64,000 nucleotides of DNA, from the NCBI GenBank assembly GCA_029775855.1, contig JARVJZ010000001.1, forward strand, positions 300,519 to 364,518, written 5' to 3'. Source of the DNA: Nitrososphaeria archaeon (GTDB lineage Archaea; Thermoproteota; Nitrososphaeria; Nitrososphaerales; JAAOZN01). Positions 49,197 to 59,167 of this stretch are shown here, one piece after another (the stretch's first letter is position 1; every line of letters begins with the position of its first letter). The notes below the pieces were generated by a model, which made no database searches, had not been told where the DNA came from, and saw only the letters and a list, made by a program, of their open reading frames with translations. The translations under genes were made by a program, and so were the position numbers.

Positions 49197-50255
49197 TTGA
49201 AAGATAAATACGATGTTCTGATAGTCGGCGCTGGACCAGCAGGCTCAGCAGCATCTATAAAATGTGTTGAAGAAGGTCTTAACACGTTGCTGGTAGAGAA
49301 GGGCGGGTTAGGTAGGCATAAACCTTGTGCAGGCGTGCTTCCACCAGTAGCTTCCTATGTGTTAGATGAATTAGGTTTACATCTCTCTGATAACGTTCTA
49401 AGCGACCCTCCTAAGCTTAAGGTGTTCTATGTCCCACCAAGCGGTAGAGCAAACGGTGGGGAATTAAGAAACTACTTTGTTTTCAATTTGGATAGAGACC
49501 TCTTTGACAGATGGCTTGCTGAGAAAGCGGTTGAAAGGGGTGTTAATCTGCAGACCAACACCAACTTCATAACCCTTGAACAAGGCGCACAAGTAGAAGC
49601 GATCTTGGAAACGAAGGGCAATATACAAAAAGTAGAAGTAGAGTATATAGTGGGAGCAGATGGAGCCAACTCAAAGGTGAGAAGATGCTTAAAAGACGCG
49701 CCAACACAAAAACTACTTACAGTCATTCAGGAGTCTTGGGAAGGCTATGGAGAATTTGAAGACTCTTTCTACACCATCCTAAACCGCAAAATAACACCAA
49801 CATACGGCTACTTGTTGAAGAAGAGAGGCACATTATTAATAGGCACAGGCGCCAAAGACTCTAAACTATGTGTTCAGAGTCTAGAAGCGTTAAAAAGTTG
49901 GCTCAAGAGCATGTTTAACTTCAAGCCAAATAAGATGATTAAAAGAGAAGTAGGATTCCTGCCCTATGGTGAATGCTTCATTGGATGTGGTAATGTTATG
50001 CTTATCGGGGATGCAGCTGGTCTATGCAACAGATTTTCAGGTGAAGGGATTAGATTCGCTTTAGAAAGTGGCTTAACCGTGGCTGAATCAATCAAGGATG
50101 CAAAGAGTGGTTGTCAAGCCTTAGAAATATATAAGATGCGTGCTCAACCTATTCTAGATTTTGTAGAGAAGACTGCAAACATACTTGAGGAAAAGGATGA
50201 TAAATGGCGAGAAGAATTCGTCTTAACGGAGCTGAGACGCTCTAACCTCTGGTAA
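49197..50255 (+). CDS. Geranylgeranyl-reductase-like flavoprotein, LipT-like by context
   Basis: VGAGPAGS, KPCAG, GADG.NS, GDAAG...GEGI. Confidence 0.82.
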   Translation: MKDKYDVLIVGAGPAGSAASIKCVEEGLNTLLVEKGGLGRHKPCAGVLPPVASYVLDELGLHLSDNVLSDPPKLKVFYVPPSGRANGGELRNYFVFNLDRDLFDRWLAEKAVERGVNLQTNTNFITLEQGAQVEAILETKGNIQKVEVEYIVGADGANSKVRRCLKDAPTQKLLTVIQESWEGYGEFEDSFYTILNRKITPTYGYLLKKRGTLLIGTGAKDSKLCVQSLEALKSWLKSMFNFKPNKMIKREVGFLPYGECFIGCGNVMLIGDAAGLCNRFSGEGIRFALESGLTVAESIKDAKSGCQALEIYKMRAQPILDFVEKTANILEEKDDKWREEFVLTELRRSNLW

Positions 50256-50288
50256 AAATTAAATAAGGAAGGGGGTTGGACCCCATAT

Positions 50289-51665
50289 TCAGTCTGGCAC
50301 ATAGCTTGGGTATTGGATTTCAGTAGGTTCCCAGTCAGGAAGCTTGCCAGCCATATATGCTTCGTAGCCTGAGAGATCAAGTAAGCCGTGTCCAGAGTGG
50401 TTAAAGACTATTACTTTCTTCTCGCCTGTCTGTTTGCACCTTCTAGCTTCATCTATAACAAACTTTATTTCGTGCGCTGATTCTGGTGCTGAAATTATCC
50501 CCTCTGTTCTAGCAAAGATTTTAGCTGCCTCGAATATTTCGTTTTGATGATATGCGACAGACCTAATGTAGCCTTTTGCAAGAAGATAGGAGACAATAGG
50601 CGCCATACCGTGATATCTTAACCCGCCTGCGTGTATCGGTGGGTTCTTGTAATCCTTGCCTAGCGTATACATCTTAAGTAAGGGTGTTGTGCCAGCAGTA
50701 TCACCAAAATCGTAAGTATATTTGCCTCTGGTTGTATGTGGGACAGCTCTAGACTCACAGGCGACGAAGTCTATATCCCTCTTCTTGTTGATCTTATCGG
50801 CAACGAAAGGCAGACAGAAACCTGCGAAGTTAGAGCCGCCTCCGACATTACCAGCCATAACATCCGGCTCCTCGTCTAACAATTCGAGCTGCTTTTTCAC
50901 TTCTAAGCCTATGACGGTCTGATGCATCAACACGTGATTCAACACAGACCCTAGACAATATCTCGCCTTCTCATCGCCCAACACATCTTCAAGCGCCTCG
51001 CTAATAGCTATACCTAATGAGCCTGGGTCATTAGGATCCTTTTCTAATAGGCTTCTACCGAACTTTGTTCTGTTGCTTGGGGAGGAGTAGACTTCTGCGC
51101 CCCAAGTCTCCATCATAATTCTTCTGCCGGGCTTCTGTCTGTAGCTAGCTGCAACCATGTAGACTGTGCATTTAAGACCAAAGATGGCTGAGGACATCGA
51201 TAGCGCTGAGCCCCACTGCCCTGCTCCAGTTTCTGTGACTACGCGTTCCATCCCTTCTTTCTTATTGTAGTATGCTTGTGCTAACGCTGTATTCGGTTTA
51301 TGGCTACCTGCTGGTGTGACGCCTTCCCATTTAAAGTAGATTCTCGCTGGTGTATTAAGATATTCTTCAAGCCTCTTAGCTCTTATGAGCGGGGTTGGTC
51401 TAGATATGAGTTTGTAAGCCTCTAAGACTTCATCTGGTATGGGTATATAGCGTTGAGTCGAAACTTCTTGCGCTACAAGTTCTTTAGCAAAGATTCTGAA
51501 GAGTGGTTCTGGAGGCATAGGTTTTAAGGTCGCTGGGTCTAGCGGTGGTGGGAGAGGCTCAGGAAGGTCTGCTTGTATGTTATACCATTGTGTAGGGATT
51601 TCGTCCTGTGGCAGAAAGACTATCTTATTTTTATCAGAATTTATTTTAGCCAATTGTATCGGCAA
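50289..51665 (-). CDS. trpB2: Tryptophan synthase beta chain, TrpB2 type
   Basis: [34 protein letters not shown]. Confidence 0.95.
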   Translation of the reverse strand: MPIQLAKINSDKNKIVFLPQDEIPTQWYNIQADLPEPLPPPLDPATLKPMPPEPLFRIFAKELVAQEVSTQRYIPIPDEVLEAYKLISRPTPLIRAKRLEEYLNTPARIYFKWEGVTPAGSHKPNTALAQAYYNKKEGMERVVTETGAGQWGSALSMSSAIFGLKCTVYMVAASYRQKPGRRIMMETWGAEVYSSPSNRTKFGRSLLEKDPNDPGSLGIAISEALEDVLGDEKARYCLGSVLNHVLMHQTVIGLEVKKQLELLDEEPDVMAGNVGGGSNFAGFCLPFVADKINKKRDIDFVACESRAVPHTTRGKYTYDFGDTAGTTPLLKMYTLGKDYKNPPIHAGGLRYHGMAPIVSYLLAKGYIRSVAYHQNEIFEAAKIFARTEGIISAPESAHEIKFVIDEARRCKQTGEKKVIVFNHSGHGLLDLSGYEAYMAGKLPDWEPTEIQYPSYVPD

Positions 51666-51861
51666 GTCTCTAATTGAATTGTCTTATTAGTTTTACCCTA
51701 AGCTAATATTTTTCACCAAATATTCTCTATTTAATGCCTTCCTTCCTATGTAGAACTATATAGATAACATAGTTTTACTAAAAACTATTACACGATCTTC
51801 GAAACATAAGCGGTCTATCTCCAGTTAGAACTTAAATAACCATACTTAAGAATGAGGTGGT

Positions 51862-52821
51862 ATGGATTTTCAACTCGATAGAAAGGTTAAGCCGGTTGAA
51901 GTGTGGCCCCGAATGACCGTAAATGAGCTCATCCTTCAGATGAAAGGAGCAGGTGTCTTTACCGGTGGAAATCTAGCTAAAGCGGTCGATATTTACGAGC
52001 AGATGGTCAACGAGGGTGTCTACATATTTCTGACACTAGCCGGCGCACTAACTCCAGCGGGGATGAGAAAGATCATACTTACCCTTATAAGAAGGAAGTT
52101 AGTTAACGCAATAGTCTCCACAGGCGCAAACCTAGTCCACGACACTATGGAAGCATTAGGCGGGAGCTTTTACCAGGGCTCACCATACCTAGACGACTCT
52201 AAACTTGCAGACGCTGAAATAGATCGCATCTACGACATCTTGGTTACTGAAAAGGATTTCAGAGAGAAGTTCGATAACCCTCTCTTAGCAATATATGAAG
52301 ATATAGATCGAAGCCTTAACGGTAGGCTCATATCAATAAATGAGCTTTTAACAGAGATTGCCAAAAGGCTTCCTACAAGCGACTGCATAATCAAGGCTTG
52401 CTACGAAAATGATGTAAAGCTCTTTTCTCCAACGATTGCAGACTCGGTCTTTGGTCTACAGATGGCTATTTACAACCGGCTGCATAAGGGAAACCTTCGT
52501 GTAGACGCTTTCCAAGATCTTCAGGAAATGTGGGACATTCGTGAAGCACATGATAAGGTGGGTGCGATTGTGCTTGGAGGCGGTGTTCCAAAGAACTATG
52601 TTTTTCAATCCTTCTTCTTCAGTAAGAAGAAGCTAAATTACGTTATTCAGATTACTCTTGATCGTCCTGAAACAGGCGGTTTGTCCGGTGCGCCGCCGGA
52701 GGAGGCGGTGTCTTGGGGGAAGGTTAGGCCTGATGCGAACAAGGTTGTTGTTGTTAGCGAAGTTACTGTAGCATTTCCTATAATTGTGGCTGCGCTTCTT
52801 GAGAGGCTTGATAAAAAGTGA
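51862..52821 (+). CDS. dys: Deoxyhypusine synthase
   Basis: STGANLVHD, GGGVPKN, GGLSGAPPEEAVSWGK. Confidence 0.93.
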   Translation: MDFQLDRKVKPVEVWPRMTVNELILQMKGAGVFTGGNLAKAVDIYEQMVNEGVYIFLTLAGALTPAGMRKIILTLIRRKLVNAIVSTGANLVHDTMEALGGSFYQGSPYLDDSKLADAEIDRIYDILVTEKDFREKFDNPLLAIYEDIDRSLNGRLISINELLTEIAKRLPTSDCIIKACYENDVKLFSPTIADSVFGLQMAIYNRLHKGNLRVDAFQDLQEMWDIREAHDKVGAIVLGGGVPKNYVFQSFFFSKKKLNYVIQITLDRPETGGLSGAPPEEAVSWGKVRPDANKVVVVSEVTVAFPIIVAALLERLDKK

Positions 52822-53678
52822 GCTACCGAGACCTTTGGCTCTCTCCAGCACCCAATGTAAGCAACATAATTGAAGGTCAGAGTCCAAAGGTAAGCATATT
52901 TGGCGTGCCTTTTGACGCAACTTCAACCTACCGTTCAGGTTCGAGGTTCGCACCAAATGCTATAAGGGATGCTTTCCTTAATGTCGAAGTTTACTTTAGA
53001 GACCTTGATGTCGATTTGGAAAAGGTGTGTATAGAGGATCTAGGCAACCTTAAGCAGACTAGCAGCGTGCAGAATATGGTGGTTGCTGTGCAGAGGGTTA
53101 CCGAGGAGTTGAGGCAGATGAGTAAGGTGCCAGCTATAATTGGAGGAGAGCATACGCTTACCTACGCCTCATACAGCGCTATAAGAGGAGCTTCCTTAGT
53201 CGTCTTTGATGCTCACCTTGATTTAAGAGATGAGTTTGCAGACTTAAGGCTTAGTCACGCAACCTACCTCAGAAGGCTGCTAGAGGAAGACGACTCTATA
53301 GATGCTGTAGTTATAGGGGCAAGGGCTGCTTCAAAAGAAGAGTGGGAGTTCGCTGAGCAGAGAAAAGTGAAGATTATACCACCTCAAGACTTGTCTCTTG
53401 AGGAGTATGTGAGGAAGGTTAAATCCAGTATAAGTCAAAGAAGTGTATATGTCAGCGTAGATTTGGATGTAGTAGATCCAGCGTTTGCACCCGGTGTGGG
53501 TAATCCTGAGCCTGGGGGTTTAACTTCGCGCGAGTTGTTAGCGGTTTTAACCGCTTTAAGGGGTTGTAGTATATTGGGTTTTGATGTAGTCGAGCTTGAT
53601 CCTCTCACAGATACAGGCTCATCGGCAGCCTTGGCTGCTAAGGTTCTTGCACTTCTTATTGCGCTTGCTTCTAGGTGA
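52818..53678 (+). CDS. speB: Agmatinase
   Basis: GGEH, DAHLD, DLDVVDPAFAPGVGNPEPGG. Confidence 0.93.
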   Translation: MSYRDLWLSPAPNVSNIIEGQSPKVSIFGVPFDATSTYRSGSRFAPNAIRDAFLNVEVYFRDLDVDLEKVCIEDLGNLKQTSSVQNMVVAVQRVTEELRQMSKVPAIIGGEHTLTYASYSAIRGASLVVFDAHLDLRDEFADLRLSHATYLRRLLEEDDSIDAVVIGARAASKEEWEFAEQRKVKIIPPQDLSLEEYVRKVKSSISQRSVYVSVDLDVVDPAFAPGVGNPEPGGLTSRELLAVLTALRGCSILGFDVVELDPLTDTGSSAALAAKVLALLIALASR

Positions 53679-55524
53679 AGTGAGGTCTTTGGCTTAGTAG
53701 GGTTGGTAATGGTAGAGGTAGGAAGGGTTTACCGGCTGTCTGCTTTTGTATGTGGGTTATCAGCTCTTCTAAGGTCATCTGCTTTATTGTTCTGTTAACT
53801 CTATCTCTAACTTGGAGTGTGTTAGATGCGGCTTCTTTCTCCCCGTAAACAACGATGTAGGGTATCCACTCCTTCTCAGCATCCCTTACCCTCTTCTGCA
53901 CCGTCTCTTCTCTATCGTCCACATCAGCCCGCACACAACTTTCACTCATTTTACCAGCTAAAGATAGAGCATCTTTAATGTATTGGGCAGCCGTAGGTAT
54001 GAATCTAACTTGAGTAGGAGAGAGCCAGATGGGTAAAGTTGGTGTTTTACCACTTTGAGCTATCCTATACGCTTTTTCAAGGAGAGCGTAAATACACCGC
54101 TCTATCGCGCCTGAAGGTGAGTTATGTAGTATCAGAGGGTACCTCATAGAGCCATCTTCAGCCATATACTGTATACCGTAGCGTTTTGCGTTTTCGACAT
54201 CTATCTGGTCAGTTGATAGGGCTGAAGCTTTGCTTAAGTTATCTATAAAGTTGAACTCCCATTTGAAGACAAAGTAGAAAAAGCGTTCACTCCACATCTC
54301 GAGTAAAGCTGGTTTGCCTAAGAGTCTAACCAACTCTGCAATAAACTGCTTGTTCTCATTAAAGAAGTCCTCGGTAGCTCTAAGCGCGAGTTCATAATCG
54401 TCTTTTGTCAAACCTATTCCTGAGAGCACATTCATTGAGAGTTTGAACCTTTTTATAGCTTCACTTTTAGCTTGATTTAGATCTATGCAGAGTGCGTGGC
54501 AGTCGGGCATGGTGAATGCTCTTAATCTTCTTAACCCAACTAGCTCACCGCTCTTCTCTCTTCTAAAACTGTATCTTGTAAGCTCATAGAGTCTGAAAGG
54601 TAGGTGCTTATAGGATATCTGAGCGTCCTTAGCCATAAGAAACTGACCGAAACAGGCGCTGAACCTTAAAAAGAGGTCTTTATCTTCAGACCTAACAATA
54701 TACTGTCGTGCCGGAAATCTGTTAAGGTAGTCAGATAATGCTGGATGCTTCATATCATACATTATGGGTGTTTCGACCTCAACACCTCCATAATCATGAA
54801 CCATTTGGGAAACATATCTCTCAAGTAGCGCCTTAACTAACCTCCCTTTCGGATAAAACCTAAGATTTCCAGCGTCAGAGCCCGGTTCGTATCCAACTAA
54901 TCCAAGTCTGCTCATTAGTTCAACATGTGGTGGCTCTTGGTGTACTACTCTGCTCTTTGCTACTTCGTAGTCTGTCAGCTGTTTGAGTTGGGTGTGGTTT
55001 GTGAAGTCGAATTTATCGATTGGTGTTAAGTTGCCTTCTGTGTCGACTATGTACCATTGTGAGATTAGTTTCTCTTCTGCTTTTATGGCTTGTGAGACTG
55101 GCTCTGTGGTTGATACGGCTTGTATAGTTCTGGATTGCTCTGCTAGTGGATGTCCTTTTACTTTGATAGTGAAGGCTTTGTTCCATCCGAAGGGTGCTTG
55201 GCTTACTTTTAACCCAAGGGCTTTAAACTCTTCCGCCATCTTTTTGATAAGCTTGAGGGCTGTGGTTGGTGGGGCTAGGTTGCTGCTGAGGTGTGCGTAG
55301 GGGTAGATGAGTATTTTATCTGCACCTAAGTTGTGTAGCGCTTCGTTTGTCAAAGTGGCGGCTTGAGATACTACACTCTCATTATCTCCTTCTTCGACTG
55401 CTGTGAAGAGCACCACTATATCCTCGAAGCGATAGGCTTTCCGCTCAGCCTCTTCAGCAGCTTCGATCTCTTTTCTTATCGGCTCATACTCTATGTAATC
55501 TGCGTGTAGCTGTAGTATCTTCAT
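53671..55524 (-). CDS. thrS: Threonyl-tRNA synthetase, archaeal type
   Basis: MKILQLHADYIEY, YPYAHLS, RLRAFTMPDCH, HNSPSGAIER; ATG at 55524. Confidence 0.97.
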   Translation of the reverse strand: MKILQLHADYIEYEPIRKEIEAAEEAERKAYRFEDIVVLFTAVEEGDNESVVSQAATLTNEALHNLGADKILIYPYAHLSSNLAPPTTALKLIKKMAEEFKALGLKVSQAPFGWNKAFTIKVKGHPLAEQSRTIQAVSTTEPVSQAIKAEEKLISQWYIVDTEGNLTPIDKFDFTNHTQLKQLTDYEVAKSRVVHQEPPHVELMSRLGLVGYEPGSDAGNLRFYPKGRLVKALLERYVSQMVHDYGGVEVETPIMYDMKHPALSDYLNRFPARQYIVRSEDKDLFLRFSACFGQFLMAKDAQISYKHLPFRLYELTRYSFRREKSGELVGLRRLRAFTMPDCHALCIDLNQAKSEAIKRFKLSMNVLSGIGLTKDDYELALRATEDFFNENKQFIAELVRLLGKPALLEMWSERFFYFVFKWEFNFIDNLSKASALSTDQIDVENAKRYGIQYMAEDGSMRYPLILHNSPSGAIERCIYALLEKAYRIAQSGKTPTLPIWLSPTQVRFIPTAAQYIKDALSLAGKMSESCVRADVDDREETVQKRVRDAEKEWIPYIVVYGEKEAASNTLQVRDRVNRTIKQMTLEELITHIQKQTAGKPFLPLPLPTLLSQRPHFT

Positions 55525-55571
55525 CCCAGCCCGCCTACAATGAACCAAGATTATAGGTTTTCCTTAACACA

Positions 55572-55796
55572 TCAAACGAACCTAGCCCTATCTATCTCTC
55601 TATCCTTCTTAGTAGCCTTCTTCCAAACCTTATAGTGTTGGCTGCAAAGGTAGACTCTCCTACCCTCCCCAGCAACCTTAAGATCTGTGCCTGAAATCTT
55701 ATCTCTACTGATAGAGCGTTCAGCGTCTACGCCGCATCCTTCAACACCACATTTAACACCCCGCTCAACCTTACCCAAAGATTCACCAACAGCCAA
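55572..55796 (-). CDS. Small putative Zn-binding hypothetical protein
   Basis: CGVEGC...LCSQHYK; upstream of thrS in the same orientation. Confidence 0.7.
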   Translation of the reverse strand: MAVGESLGKVERGVKCGVEGCGVDAERSISRDKISGTDLKVAGEGRRVYLCSQHYKVWKKATKKDREIDRARFV

Positions 55797-55840
55797 TAGA
55801 GTAGAGGAATATATAACTTAGAAGTAGTAAGGAGGGTGGT

Positions 55841-56419
55841 ATGCTAAATAAGCTACGCCAAATCATAGAGCCCCTAACATTAAAGATAGGTGCAGCGGCT
55901 GCTAAGACACAAATCCCCCCCTCAGGATGGACTGCCTTAAGCCTTTTAGCGTCGATAGTCTCAGCTTACTTTTATGCGTCTCCAAGCATTTATTCAGCAG
56001 CATACGCTGGCTTCACTCTATTAGTTTCTGGCTTCTTTGATGTGGTTGATGGCGCGGTCGCCCGAGCAACCAACAGAGTCTCCAATCAAGGAGCTTTTCT
56101 AGATTCTTCCTTAGATCGGCTAGCGGAAGTATCTGTATTTGCGGGTGTGATGCTTGGTGGATACGCTTCGCCGCTGCTAGTCCTTTTAACACTCTCATTT
56201 TCGCTGCTTGTAAGCTATTCAAGGGCTAGAGGTGAATCTCTTGGTGTTAAGGTGTTTGGTGTTGGTGTGGGTGAAAGGGCTGAGAGGATCATTGTCTTAG
56301 CAGCTCTAAGCATATTCGGACTCGTCACTTTAGGTGTGTTCCTTGTCTTAGTATTAGCTTTAACAACCTATATCCACAGACTCATTCACATCGTAAATTC
56401 TTTGAAAAAGGCTCTGTAA
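55841..56419 (+). CDS. CDP-alcohol phosphatidyltransferase (archaetidylinositol phosphate synthase-like)
   Basis: DVVDGAVARAT...GAFLDSSLDR, GERAER. Confidence 0.92.
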   Translation: MLNKLRQIIEPLTLKIGAAAAKTQIPPSGWTALSLLASIVSAYFYASPSIYSAAYAGFTLLVSGFFDVVDGAVARATNRVSNQGAFLDSSLDRLAEVSVFAGVMLGGYASPLLVLLTLSFSLLVSYSRARGESLGVKVFGVGVGERAERIIVLAALSIFGLVTLGVFLVLVLALTTYIHRLIHIVNSLKKAL

Positions 56420-56420
56420 A

Positions 56421-56696
56421 CTATCTAAAGCGCCTCTCTTCTCTTGCCCTTACTTTAACCAACCCGTAGTGAACAGCACATGACACGCAGTAGTATTTTA
56501 TTGTCTTAGGTGCTGCTATATATGCGCCTGCAGATTTCAGCTCCTTAGCCAATGTAGGTTCAACAAGACTTATTCTAGAGGTTACCTTCTTAGCTTTATC
56601 TCGTGGTATAAGCTGTCCACAGTTGCTGCAGTGAACGAAATCAGATCTACCCTTGCCACCCTTAGACCTCCCTCTACTCTTCCTCTTCTTTGGCAT
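56421..56696 (-). CDS. rps26e: 30S ribosomal protein S26e
   Basis: MPKKRKSRGRSKG, CSNC, PRDKA, YCVSCAVH. Confidence 0.97.
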   Translation of the reverse strand: MPKKRKSRGRSKGGKGRSDFVHCSNCGQLIPRDKAKKVTSRISLVEPTLAKELKSAGAYIAAPKTIKYYCVSCAVHYGLVKVRAREERRFR

Positions 56697-56731
56697 CTTC
56701 TCTACTCCACGACTATCACATTAATGTTAGA

Positions 56732-57904
56732 TTAAAATCTTGCTCTAACCTTCTTCCAAAAAATTTCTGCATCCAGCTGCTTACCATAACCAAGTGCGTT
56801 ATCAAGCCAAATCATAACACGATCTAAAGAAGGGGCATGCTTTACCAGCCATCGAGCAGCCTTATGTATGGCTGTATTAGGTTTGTTAAATGGGCATACC
56901 GACACGCAAACAGCGCAATCCAAACCGTTTGCACACCAAAACTTATAGCATTTGATAGGATCTATAGGCCACTTTAAAACGCCTCTACCACTTGAAAGTT
57001 TATCAACCCATTCAGAGCGAGCACCTTTGCTTATCGCGTTGGATGGACATTTATCAGCACATTTCCTACAAACCTCACAAAAAGCTTGGACGCCAAAATC
57101 TATCGGCTCATCAGGCTCAAAAGGCAGATCTGTCAAAACTTTACACAGCCTAACTCTAGGGCCGTATTCAGGGGTTATGAGCAGCCCATTTCTACCTAGT
57201 TCACCTAAGCCAGCATCCACCGCTATAGGTATGCTTAACGCTACATCATTACCAAGAGGAATCGCCTTATAGCCTAGGCATCTTATGAACTCTGCAACCA
57301 TGCTTGAGACGAAAGCCATACGCGAATATCCAAGACCAGTCGCGGCGCCAGCAATAGAGTGTGCAGTTCTTAGGGCTTCATAATCCATCTCAACAGCAAG
57401 CGCAACCGCATACTGATAGTCCTCAGAGATAAGCGTGTCAACATCTAAATGCTCATCTTTTTCCCAATCATAGATCTTTGAGTAAAGCCAGCTTCGATTC
57501 AGCTTGCATATCCCAACCAAGTCTGCGCCAAATAGCCTAGCAGCACGCTTAACCCTAAACGACGCTTCCTCTGGTGAAACTTCTACCCTTCTACTTCGGT
57601 ATCTATTGTTGGCTGGATCTTGGGAGCACCAGCTGTAAAGTCCACGATTAGCTAAACCGCTCGCAGATCTGCCGAAGCAGTGTTCAACATACCAAGAAGC
57701 ATCCCTAAGCGCTTGCTCCCACTGAGTAAACCCTTTAACCCCTCGCTCCATCTTAACTGTAGAGATCTTTGTCTGCATCTCCTTCAATTTCATCAAACCT
57801 TCTTCCCAACGCGCTCTTGAGAAGACTGTATAGCGTTGATCAAACCTTTGAGGCTCTCTCATGACATAAGGAGAATAGGTGGGCTTCATCCTAACTAACA
57901 ACAA
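56732..57904 (-). CDS. Reductive dehalogenase-like cobalamin/Fe-S protein without Tat signal
   Basis: GADLVGI, GYSRMA, AGLGELGRNGLLITPEYGPRVRL, CX2CX2CX3CP and CX10CX2CX3CP. Confidence 0.85.
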   Translation of the reverse strand: MLLVRMKPTYSPYVMREPQRFDQRYTVFSRARWEEGLMKLKEMQTKISTVKMERGVKGFTQWEQALRDASWYVEHCFGRSASGLANRGLYSWCSQDPANNRYRSRRVEVSPEEASFRVKRAARLFGADLVGICKLNRSWLYSKIYDWEKDEHLDVDTLISEDYQYAVALAVEMDYEALRTAHSIAGAATGLGYSRMAFVSSMVAEFIRCLGYKAIPLGNDVALSIPIAVDAGLGELGRNGLLITPEYGPRVRLCKVLTDLPFEPDEPIDFGVQAFCEVCRKCADKCPSNAISKGARSEWVDKLSSGRGVLKWPIDPIKCYKFWCANGLDCAVCVSVCPFNKPNTAIHKAARWLVKHAPSLDRVMIWLDNALGYGKQLDAEIFWKKVRARF

Positions 57905-57979
57905 GTATCATCGGTTTAACCCTTACGGGTCGCAAAATAGAAATACCCATAACCAGCTTGGAAGGAAGGGGAAGCGTAG

Positions 57980-58147
57980 ATGCCTATAACTGATGCGATA
58001 AAGAAACAGCTCGCTCAAAAGCGTAAGCTCTTCTTCAAAATATGCTTAAGATGCGGAAAAAAGAACCCTATAACCGCAACTAGATGCAGAAAATGCCGTA
58101 GCGAAGACCTAAGACTCAAAAACCGAACACTAGGCGCCAAGAAGTAG
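57980..58147 (+). CDS. rpl40e: 50S ribosomal protein L40e
   Basis: Below ORF-track cutoff; MPITDAIKKQLAQKRKLFFKICLRCGKKNPITATRCRKCRSEDLRLKNRTLGAKK. Confidence 0.96.
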   Translation: MPITDAIKKQLAQKRKLFFKICLRCGKKNPITATRCRKCRSEDLRLKNRTLGAKK

Positions 58148-58234
58148 AGAGAAGCGTCCAAAAGCGTGTTTAACTAAAAAACATTAACCCATCTACAAAA
58201 CGCTTTTTAACCACCAGCACCTCCTAAAAAGGAA

Positions 58235-58819
58235 ATGGAGACCTCCAACAGCCAGACAACAGCTTCTTGGCAGATAGAAGTCCCTTTAGCAAACCGCCTC
58301 ATGATCACACACTTAAGCAAAGGTTTAGCAGCCCTAATGATTGCTTGCTTTCTAATCTTTGGGACAGTGCTTGCAGTCGCTAATGGGTTAGAAGGGTTAA
58401 TCCAAGGGCTGATGGTAACATTAGGCATGGGTCTATTCTTCATTCTAGTCTCCATCTTAACCCTATTTGTCATCTTAAGAAACAGATACACCTTAATGTT
58501 CAAAATCGGAGATGATGGAGTGGTCATGGAGAGTAGAGTAGATCGCGCACATAAGATACACCGCTTAGCCCTAATACTAGGTTTACTAGCCAGAAACCCA
58601 GCAGCCACAGGAGCAGGTTTATCAGGAATCGTCTCAGAAAGGGTTGAAGTCCCTTGGAAAACGGTTCGCTCTTTTAAATCATACCCAGATAAAAGAGCAG
58701 TGAAGGTTAATAGAAGATTTTTACCAGCCCTCTACATATACTGCAAAGAAGATAACTTCGACAAAGTAGTAGAAATCTTCAAGAACAAACAAATCGCTGA
58801 GCAAAGCAAAAGCAAATAG
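58235..58819 (+). CDS. Hypothetical membrane protein
   Basis: Two N-terminal TM helices; LLARNPAATGAGL segment. Confidence 0.7.
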   Translation: METSNSQTTASWQIEVPLANRLMITHLSKGLAALMIACFLIFGTVLAVANGLEGLIQGLMVTLGMGLFFILVSILTLFVILRNRYTLMFKIGDDGVVMESRVDRAHKIHRLALILGLLARNPAATGAGLSGIVSERVEVPWKTVRSFKSYPDKRAVKVNRRFLPALYIYCKEDNFDKVVEIFKNKQIAEQSKSK

Positions 58820-58943
58820 TTAAAGAAAAACCACCACAAGACAAACACCAATCCTAAGGAACCTAACCTAAAACAAGAGCTGAAATTTAAATAGGAAAGC
58901 CTTCATCAGCTAAAGGAGACGCAAGATAACCAACTAAAACATT

Positions 58944-59020
58944 GGGCCGGTAGTCTAGCTCGGCAGGACGTCGCTCTCACACGGCGAAGGTCGCCGGTTC
59001 AAATCCGGCCCGGCCCACCA
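58944..59020 (+). tRNA. tRNA-Val(CAC), intronless, CCA encoded
   Basis: GGGCCGG/CCGGCCC acceptor stem, TCGCT-CTCACAC-GGCGA anticodon arm, GGTTCAAATCC T arm, ACCA end. Confidence 0.96.
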
Positions 59021-59167
59021 AGATTTTGATTAAAAATATTAAGAAACGACGCTTACACCGCTTGCCTCTCATTATCTGCAATTAACGGAAAGTTTGTTCC
59101 AGAGTTAAGGGATAAGCATTATCGTAAACCATAATTATGATCCACGCAGAATTAATGGAAGTATAGT

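Noticed and set aside
30502-50255. Methanogenesis or the sHdr sulfur-oxidation pathway
   Set aside because: No mcr/mtr here; HdrA is the full ferredoxin-containing type linked to mvhDGA, not the shdrC1B1AHC2B2 layout; no tusA/dsrE. Genes outside the window cannot be excluded.
56732-57904. Epoxyqueuosine reductase QueG
   Set aside because: Motif pattern and N-terminal region fit RdhA better, and archaea are not known to make queuosine.
59030-59166. 45-codon open frame right after the tRNA
   Set aside because: No start codon near its 5' end and no recognisable motif; possibly a gene remnant but unsupported.
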